A DNA stretch of 64,000 nucleotides from NCBI GenBank assembly GCA_050250895.1, contig JBFWNU010000001.1, forward strand, positions 1,576,008 to 1,640,007, written 5' to 3'. Below are positions 57,804 to 64,000 of the stretch, piece after piece (within the stretch, counting starts at the first letter, position 1; each line of letters opens with the position of its first letter). The position numbers and the translations under genes were made by a program. Under the pieces are notes generated by a model, which saw only the letters and a list, made by a program, of their open reading frames with translations, did no database searches and had not been told where the DNA came from. Source of the stretch: Vulcanimicrobiota bacterium (GTDB lineage Bacteria > Vulcanimicrobiota > Xenobia > Xenobiales > JADMJV01).

Positions 57804-59417
57804 TCAGGACTCCGATGTTTTCTTTTTGCTCTTGGAAGAGCTCTTTTTGGCCTTAGCAGCGGGTTTAGCCTTGGTCTTTGCCTCGGGCTTCTCCTTTTCG
57901 CCTTTTGTCTCGGCTTTGCTGCTAGTTTTCTTTTTTGTTTTGGTCTTTTTAGCGGCGGCCTTTTTCTCGCTATTTTCTTCGTCAGGAGCCTCTTTCGTGG
58001 CTTCTTTCTTGGCCTTCTTCTCGGACTTGGCCTCGGCGGCAGGCTCTTCCGCAGTTTCTTTCTTGGATTTCTTTTTCGATTCGGACTTCTTGGTAGCGGG
58101 CTTGGGCTCTTCGCCCGGTAGGACGTAGGTCACGGAACCCTGCTCGGCAAGATGTTCCTGAACCTTGGCGCGCAAGAGGTCGTATTTCAACAGTTCGAGA
58201 GAGCCGTCCTCCCGCAGTTGCGCCCGCAGCTTCTTGGGTTTCATGCGGCGGTTCTTGGCCTCCGACTCGATGATGGAGTCCAATTCGGCCTCGTCGATGG
58301 CGAGGTTCTCGGACTTGGCTACCGAGTCGATGACCAGCTCGATGCGGGCCTCGAACAGACCCCGAGCTTGCATTTCACCGAGCCATTGCTCCTGCGAGAT
58401 GCCGCGCTGGGCCAGCCAGGCCTCGACTTCCAGGCCGTGCTGTTGAATCTCGCGAAACTCGCGGCGCAGTTCCTGGTTGCGCTTGAAGTTGACCAGAGCC
58501 TGGGGGACCGATTCCGGGGTTACCTCTTCGAGCAGCTTGGCTAGAATCTGGCCGGCGGCCTGGCTTTTGGCACGCTGCTTGACATTGCTCTCTAGCCGCT
58601 CGCGCACATCGTTGCGCAGCGCATCCAGGGTCTCGTGAGCCGAGACGGTCTTGGCGAAATCGTCGTCAAAGTCAGGTAGCTTGCGCTGCTTGAGTTCGCG
58701 GATTTTGAACTCGAAGGTGACGGGCTTGCCGGCCAACTCGTCGTTGGCGTAATCCTCGGGAAAGGTGACCGTGAATTCCTTCTCTTCGCCGGGCTTCATG
58801 CCGTAGAGGTTCTCGATGAACCCATCGATGAAGAGCTCTTTCTTCATCTCCATGAGATAGTTGTCGGCCTGACCCTCGAGAGGAGTGTCGCCATCGCGAC
58901 TGGTGTAGTCGACCAGGGCCAGGTCTCCTTCTTCGATACCTCGGTCCTCTTCGACGGGCACGATTTGGCCATGGCGCTCACGTAGACTGTTGAGGGTTTG
59001 CTCGACATCGCTGTCGCCGATCTCGGCCCGCTCTTGAGTCACTTCGATAGCCCGGAAGTCACTCAGTTCCACCAGCGGCTTCACCTCGAAAGTGGCTTTG
59101 AAGATCAGCTCTTTGCCGCGTTCGTTCTGAACGAAGTCCCAGGCCGGCTCGGAGAGGGGTCGAATATTTTCCTTCTCGAGGGCTTCCTGGTAGGCGCGGG
59201 GGACGAGGGCTTCGAGCACCTCGCGGGTCAGGCCGTCATCGGTGATGTATTTCTTGGCCAGTGCGGGGGGTACTTTGCCGCGACGAAAGCCGGGCATCGC
59301 GAACTGTTTGAGGACTTTTTTGAAGGCCTGGCTGTAGGCACCCTCTACCTGTTCGGTCCCGACCGTCACTTCCAATTCTTTCTCGCTGGGCGAGTTTTCT
59401 CTAACTACGACCTTCAT
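57804..59417 (-). CDS. tig: Trigger factor with long Lys-rich C-terminal tail
   Basis: [29 protein letters not shown]; tig-clpP-clpX order. Confidence 0.96.
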   Translation of the reverse strand: MKVVVRENSPSEKELEVTVGTEQVEGAYSQAFKKVLKQFAMPGFRRGKVPPALAKKYITDDGLTREVLEALVPRAYQEALEKENIRPLSEPAWDFVQNERGKELIFKATFEVKPLVELSDFRAIEVTQERAEIGDSDVEQTLNSLRERHGQIVPVEEDRGIEEGDLALVDYTSRDGDTPLEGQADNYLMEMKKELFIDGFIENLYGMKPGEEKEFTVTFPEDYANDELAGKPVTFEFKIRELKQRKLPDFDDDFAKTVSAHETLDALRNDVRERLESNVKQRAKSQAAGQILAKLLEEVTPESVPQALVNFKRNQELRREFREIQQHGLEVEAWLAQRGISQEQWLGEMQARGLFEARIELVIDSVAKSENLAIDEAELDSIIESEAKNRRMKPKKLRAQLREDGSLELLKYDLLRAKVQEHLAEQGSVTYVLPGEEPKPATKKSESKKKSKKETAEEPAAEAKSEKKAKKEATKEAPDEENSEKKAAAKKTKTKKKTSSKAETKGEKEKPEAKTKAKPAAKAKKSSSKSKKKTSES

Positions 59418-59458
59418 CGGGCCTCCTTAGACAAGAAAAGAACTTATTTCGAGACATT

Positions 59459-59486
59459 AAAAGGGGCTGCCTGACCGGCAGCCCCC
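59459..59486 (-). terminator. Terminator after the tRNA pair
   Basis: GGGGCTGCC-GGTCA-GGCAGCCCC-TTTT on the minus strand. Confidence 0.8.
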
Positions 59487-59502
59487 GAAAACGAGTTTCT
59501 CT

Positions 59503-59577
59503 TGGAGCGGAAGAAGAGATTCGAACTCTCGACCCTTGCCTTGGCAAGGCAATGCTCTACCGCTGAGCTACTTCCGC
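59503..59577 (-). tRNA. tRNA-Gly (GCC)
   Basis: GCGGAAGTAGCTCAGCGGTAGAGC...TT-GCC-AA...GTTCGAATC...TCCA; CCA encoded. Confidence 0.97.
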
Positions 59578-59647
59578 GCGGTCGGAAGGGTGCTTCGCCT
59601 CGCTGGCTCCATCTCCTTCCGGAAAGAAGCCGCTCCGCTGTCCTGAG

Positions 59648-59729
59648 TGGGCGAGAAGGGACTCGAACCCCCACGGATCTCTCCACCAGATCCTAAATCT
59701 GGCGCGTCTGCCAATTTCGCCACTCGCCC
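59648..59729 (-). tRNA. tRNA-Leu (TAG)
   Basis: GGGCGAGTGGCGAAATTGGCAGACGC, CCAGA-TT-TAG-GA-TCTGG, long variable arm, GTTCGAGTC; CCA not encoded. Confidence 0.96.
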
Positions 59730-59763
59730 AGCCACGAAAGCCAAGCAGTTCCTTCGGTTCCCT

Positions 59764-59792
59764 ATATTAGCCAGTTTGCCCAGGGCCGTCAA
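59764..59792 (-). promoter_or_regulatory. tRNA operon promoter
   Basis: TTGACG-17-TAATAT. Confidence 0.7.
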
Positions 59793-59905
59793 GCCCCCGG
59801 AGGAAGTCAGTTAAAAGAAGGAAGGTTTGACCCAACCACAAAGCCTCGCTTCTTTGGTAGGAGCAGGCCATCGAGCTTTCGAATACTGGCCTCTCATATC
59901 TTTGG

Positions 59906-60481
59906 TTGGAGAGTCTCATCGACGAGCAGGAACTAAATAGTATCCGTGACCAGTTGCAGGAGGACCCTTTCAATCAGGGTTTGCACCAACAGGTTTACGA
60001 TGCTTTGTCGGGCCAGGACGAGGCGCGTGCGCTGATCGATTTTTACCGACAACTCCAGCGCAACAACCCCGACGATTGGCGCCATCTGGTTAACCTGGCC
60101 AGGGCTTACAGTCAGACCGGCAAAGATTCGCTGGCCGTGGTCCAACTGCAGAAGCTGCTGCGCTCGGACCCCTCGCTCAAGGAAGTGTGGATGGACCTGG
60201 CTCGCTGCTATCAGCGGCTGAAGAAGGTCGAACTGGCACTGCGCGCTCTCAATAGCGCCATCGAGGTCGACCCCGGCTTTGCCGAGGCCCATGTCGAAAG
60301 AGTTCGCCTGCTGACCAGTACCGACGAGTTGGAAGAGGCTGCTGCCGCGGTCGTCTTCTCGCTCGAATGCGAACAGCTCAAGCCGGCTGTGGCCGAATGG
60401 CTAGAGGAGGTCGACGCCCACCTCGAGTCGGGCTATCGACCTCCTGACGAACTGCTCCAGCGCCAGTTGAATCTGGCCTGA
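59906..60481 (+). CDS. TPR-repeat protein
   Basis: TPR units VNLARAY, MDLARCY, AIEVDP. Confidence 0.8.
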   Translation: MESLIDEQELNSIRDQLQEDPFNQGLHQQVYDALSGQDEARALIDFYRQLQRNNPDDWRHLVNLARAYSQTGKDSLAVVQLQKLLRSDPSLKEVWMDLARCYQRLKKVELALRALNSAIEVDPGFAEAHVERVRLLTSTDELEEAAAAVVFSLECEQLKPAVAEWLEEVDAHLESGYRPPDELLQRQLNLA

Positions 60482-60488
60482 CAGCCCC

Positions 60489-62030
60489 TTACTCGGCCGC
60501 TAGTCTGCGTTTGATAAACTCCACCACGTGGTTGGTGGTGATGACTCCCACCGGTTTATTGTCGGCGTCGCACAGGGGCAGGTGGCGCTGGTTTCGCACC
60601 GAGAAGGCGTGCAGCGCCCGCGCGATGGGCAAATCCGCTCGCAGGGCCAGAGGCTTGATCCACATGCACTGACCGACGGTGACTTCCGAGAGGTCCTTCA
60701 CCAGCAAGGCCACCCGCAGGATGTCTCGATCGGTGAAGGCGCCGGCCAGTTCGCCTTTCTCGTCGCAAACCAGAGCGCAACCCTGATTGGCCTCTTTGAG
60801 GCGGTCCACCACGACGGCCAGGGTTTCGTCGGCGCTGCAAGTGATGGGTGGATTGGGCACGAGTTCGCTGATGGCGATGGTGGCCAGGCTCTGTTGCACC
60901 GGCGTCAGCGCTTCGGCCCAGCCGGCCATCATGTCGTTGAAGGCGCGCTCGAAAGGCGGTTGTTTGACGCGGCCGTTGGCCGGAGAGCTTTCGGTGCCAT
61001 CTTCGGTGACGGTCCAGATGTCCGACGAGAAGTAGAGCTCTTTGAGGTCGCCCTCGCCCTGGACAGCTTTGGCCGCCTCCACTTGACCCAGCAACCCGGT
61101 CTCGTAAGTCATCTTGGTGACATCGCGGAAGATGCCGATGGGAACCGGATAGTTGGGATAGGTCAGCCGGCTGAGCGCGTAGGCCAGGTTGGTGTCTTCC
61201 TGGTTGGCGTCGTGGACCAGCAGGTCGCTTTCGTTGATGTCGTCGCCCAGTTCCACCACTTCGAGGCTCAGTCCCTTGGACCGGATGCCTTTGTTGGCGC
61301 CGGTTCCGAAGCGCATGGGTTTGCCCTGCTCGAGAATCAGCACGTTGTCTTTCTTGGTGTTGGGATCGGTGGCGTATTTCCAGGCCCCGTCATTGAAGAT
61401 GTTGCAGTTTTGATAGACCTCGACGAACGAAGTGCCTTTGTGCTCGGCGGCGGCCCGGAGGATGGATTGGAGGTGCTTGGTCTCGACATCGATGGAGCGG
61501 GCCACGAAGGTAGCCTCGGCCGCCAGGGCCAGGCTAATGGGATTGAGCGGTTGTTCGACCGATCCCATCGGCGAGGATTTGGTCTTGTGTCCGGCCAGGG
61601 AAGTGGGCGAAAACTGTCCCTTGGTCAGGCCGTAGATGCGGTTATTGAACAGGATGATGTTGATATCGATATTGCGGCGCAGGGCGTGGATGAGGTGGTT
61701 GCCGCCGATGGACAACGAGTCGCCATCGCCGGTGATCACGAAGACGGTCAATTCGGGGCGGGCCAACTTGAGTCCAGTAGCCAGGGTTGGGGCCCGTCCA
61801 TGGATGCTGTGAATGCCGTAGGTGTCCATATAGTAGGGGAAGCGACTCGAACATCCGATGCCCGAGATGAAAACGATGTTCTCTTTGGGCAGGCCGAGCT
61901 CGGGCAGAATCTTCTGCATCTGAGCTAGAATCGCGTAATCGCCGCAACCGGGACACCAGCGCACATCCTGATCGGAGGTGAAGTCCTTGCGGTTGAGAAT
62001 GGGGAGTTCGGGTGCCAGCGTGTTGGCCAT
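60489..62030 (-). CDS. korB: 2-oxoacid:ferredoxin oxidoreductase beta subunit fused to a CBS pair
   Basis: WCPGCGD, SGIGCSSR, HGRA, GDGD, YGLTKGQFSPT; C-terminal CBS motifs GAFTDRD and RHLP..PVGVIT. Confidence 0.92.
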   Translation of the reverse strand: MANTLAPELPILNRKDFTSDQDVRWCPGCGDYAILAQMQKILPELGLPKENIVFISGIGCSSRFPYYMDTYGIHSIHGRAPTLATGLKLARPELTVFVITGDGDSLSIGGNHLIHALRRNIDINIILFNNRIYGLTKGQFSPTSLAGHKTKSSPMGSVEQPLNPISLALAAEATFVARSIDVETKHLQSILRAAAEHKGTSFVEVYQNCNIFNDGAWKYATDPNTKKDNVLILEQGKPMRFGTGANKGIRSKGLSLEVVELGDDINESDLLVHDANQEDTNLAYALSRLTYPNYPVPIGIFRDVTKMTYETGLLGQVEAAKAVQGEGDLKELYFSSDIWTVTEDGTESSPANGRVKQPPFERAFNDMMAGWAEALTPVQQSLATIAISELVPNPPITCSADETLAVVVDRLKEANQGCALVCDEKGELAGAFTDRDILRVALLVKDLSEVTVGQCMWIKPLALRADLPIARALHAFSVRNQRHLPLCDADNKPVGVITTNHVVEFIKRRLAAE

Positions 62031-62034
62031 GGTG

Positions 62035-63888
62035 TTATGCTTGTCCCTTCAGCGTTTCCACGATTTTTCGATGGATGTCGGCGATCCTGAACGGCCTGCC
62101 TTCTACCTGAGGGTAAGACACGATGTCGATGCCAAAGGTTGCGCGCAGGACATAAGCCAGTTGACCCATGTTCATTTCCGGCAGCAGAATCTGTTTGTAG
62201 TTGCCCAGAATGGTCTTGAGGTTTTTGGGAAACGGGCTCAGGTAGCGCACATGGCTGGCCGCCACCGACAGGCCCTCTCGTTGAGCTTGCTGGACGGCGG
62301 AGCGGATGGCTCCGAAAGTGCTACCCCAGCCAAGTACCAACAAATCTCCTTGAGGAGGTCCGAAAACCTTTTGCTCGGGAATGATGTCGGCCAGCCGGGC
62401 CACTTTTTCGGCGCGGTCGTTGACCATTTGCTGGTGATGGCCCGGCTTGTAAGAAACGTTGCCGGTTTCGGGCGCTTTAGCCAGACCGCCGACTCGATGT
62501 TCGAGGCCTTTGGTGCCCGGAATGGCCCAGGGTCGGGCCAGGCTTTCAGGGTCTCGCTTGTAGGGCATGAAACCCACCGTATGGGTGGGATGGTCGACCT
62601 GGATGGGCGCGATCAAGTCGGGGTTGGGAATCCGCCACGGCTCGGAACTGTTGGCCAGGTAGCCATCCGACAACAGCAGCACCGGGGCCATACACCGCAC
62701 CGCCAGGCGGAAGGCCTCGATGGCCATGGTGAAGCAGTCAGACGGGGTCGAGGGAGCCAGAATCGGCAGGGGAGCCTCGCCGTTACGTCCGAAGTAGGCC
62801 ATCATCAGATCGCTCTGCTCGGGTTTGGTGGGCAGCCCCGTGCTCGGCCCACCGCGCTGGACATCGACGAGAACCAGAGGTAACTCGAGCACCAGGGCCA
62901 GGTTGAGAGCCTCGCTCTTGAGAGCTACTCCGGGACCGCTCGAGGCGGTGGCTGCGAAGGCTCCGCCAAAGGCGGCGCCCACGGTGGAACCCATGGCCGC
63001 AATTTCGTCCTCGGCCTGGAAGGTGCGCACATCGAAGTTGCGCAGGGCGGCCAGGGCGTGCAGAATGTCGCTGGCCGGCGTGATGGGATAAGAGCCGTAG
63101 AAGAGCGGTTTGCCGGCTCGTTTGGCGGCAGTCACCAGCCCCATGGCCAGGGCTTCGTTGCCGGTTACGGTCCGATAGACGCCTGGTGAGAGTTTGGCCG
63201 GTGCCACCCGATAGCGGCATTGGAAGGTCTCGGTGGTGTCGCCGTAGTTGTAGCCGGCTTTGAAAGCCCGGGTGTTGGCCTCGATCAGGACGGGCGCTTT
63301 GCGGAACTTGTCCTTGATCCACTCTAACGTGGGCTCGGTGGGCCGGTCGTACATCCAGAAGGCCAGACCCAGGGCAAAGAAATTCTTGGTGCGATCGATC
63401 TCTTTGTGAGACAGGCCCTCGATGTCTTCCAGGGCTGCCTTGTTGAGGGTCGACAGAGGAATCTTGTGGACTTTGAACGCCTTGAGGGCCTCGTCATCTT
63501 CGAGGGGGTCGTGATCGTAGTGGGCCTTCTTGAGGTTGTTCTTGGTGAAGGCGTCGGTGTTGACGATCAGCGTGCCACCCTGCTTGAGGTCTTTGAGATT
63601 GGCGGCCAGGGCGGCCGGATTCATGGCCACCAGCACATCGGGAGCGTCGCCCGGAGTGAAGATGTTGCGGGCGGCCAGGTTGACCTGGAAGCCGCTGACT
63701 CCGGCTAGAGTGCCGGCAGGAGCGCGGATCTCGGCTGGAAAGTCGGGCAAAGTCGAGATGTCGTTGCCGGCGATGGCCGAGGCGTTGGTGAACTGGGTGC
63801 CGGTCAACTGCATGCCGTCACCGGAATCGCCACTAAAGCGGACGATAACAGATTCGATCTCTTCGATCAGGGGGGCTTCAACAGCCAT
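62035..63888 (-). CDS. korA: 2-oxoacid:ferredoxin oxidoreductase alpha subunit
   Basis: [46 protein letters not shown]. Confidence 0.95.
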   Translation of the reverse strand: MAVEAPLIEEIESVIVRFSGDSGDGMQLTGTQFTNASAIAGNDISTLPDFPAEIRAPAGTLAGVSGFQVNLAARNIFTPGDAPDVLVAMNPAALAANLKDLKQGGTLIVNTDAFTKNNLKKAHYDHDPLEDDEALKAFKVHKIPLSTLNKAALEDIEGLSHKEIDRTKNFFALGLAFWMYDRPTEPTLEWIKDKFRKAPVLIEANTRAFKAGYNYGDTTETFQCRYRVAPAKLSPGVYRTVTGNEALAMGLVTAAKRAGKPLFYGSYPITPASDILHALAALRNFDVRTFQAEDEIAAMGSTVGAAFGGAFAATASSGPGVALKSEALNLALVLELPLVLVDVQRGGPSTGLPTKPEQSDLMMAYFGRNGEAPLPILAPSTPSDCFTMAIEAFRLAVRCMAPVLLLSDGYLANSSEPWRIPNPDLIAPIQVDHPTHTVGFMPYKRDPESLARPWAIPGTKGLEHRVGGLAKAPETGNVSYKPGHHQQMVNDRAEKVARLADIIPEQKVFGPPQGDLLVLGWGSTFGAIRSAVQQAQREGLSVAASHVRYLSPFPKNLKTILGNYKQILLPEMNMGQLAYVLRATFGIDIVSYPQVEGRPFRIADIHRKIVETLKGQA

Positions 63889-63897
63889 TTTTCCTCC

Positions 63898-64000
63898 TCA
63901 GGCTCCGTGACGGGTCCTGGCGTACTGGTCTGGTTCGGGGGGTTGGTTGTAAACGTGCATGTGGAATCGATCGCTAAGGTAGCGCACGAACGACTGCTGA
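63898..64000 (-). CDS. 3' end of an upstream gene, probably a CBS-domain protein (…FVRYLSDRFHMHVYNQPPEPDQYARTRHGA)
   Basis: Open frame from the window edge to TGA at 63898, adjacent to the korA SD; the CBS call is from memory only. Confidence 0.5.
   Translation of the reverse strand, partial: QQSFVRYLSDRFHMHVYNQPPEPDQYARTRHGA

Noticed and set aside
59503-59729. tRNA-anchored genomic island
   Set aside because: Flanked by core genes; no integrase or duplicated tRNA 3' end seen

Overview
GC-rich bacterial chromosomal window of mostly core genes, with no prophage, transposase or CRISPR array. It contains grpE-dnaK-dnaJ-degP-rarA, rplM-rpsI-nnr, rpoZ, ftsK, lexA, a pgpH-ybeY-dgkA-CNNM operon running into LPS-type glycosyltransferases, aspS-cdd, tig-clpP-clpX, tRNA-Leu(TAG) and tRNA-Gly(GCC), and a 2-oxoacid:ferredoxin oxidoreductase. 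Firmicute-like gene order together with GT9 genes suggests a diderm Terrabacteria lineage, possibly Eremiobacterota/Vulcanimicrobiota (inference only). The most interesting unexplained signals are: (1) a lexA operon with three TGCNC-N4-GTGCA-like boxes, two small orphan genes and a structured 3' RNA; (2) a TROVE/Ro60-like + vWA gene pair with a promoter- and terminator-bounded ~95-nt candidate ncRNA upstream; (3) a triple GTTACA promoter motif shared by that RNA and a Gly/Gln-rich 99-aa filament-like protein; (4) a divergent switch pairing an RHH/recombinase-DNA-binding-domain protein with a 64-aa orphan through a shared operator; (5) a centre-symmetric array of GNA-triloop hairpins; and (6) unusual enzymes (PdeD/E-like MBL-cNMP protein, tandem trehalase, degenerate PilT, CBS-fused OFOR beta). 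All family calls come from motif recognition by eye; no database searches were run.
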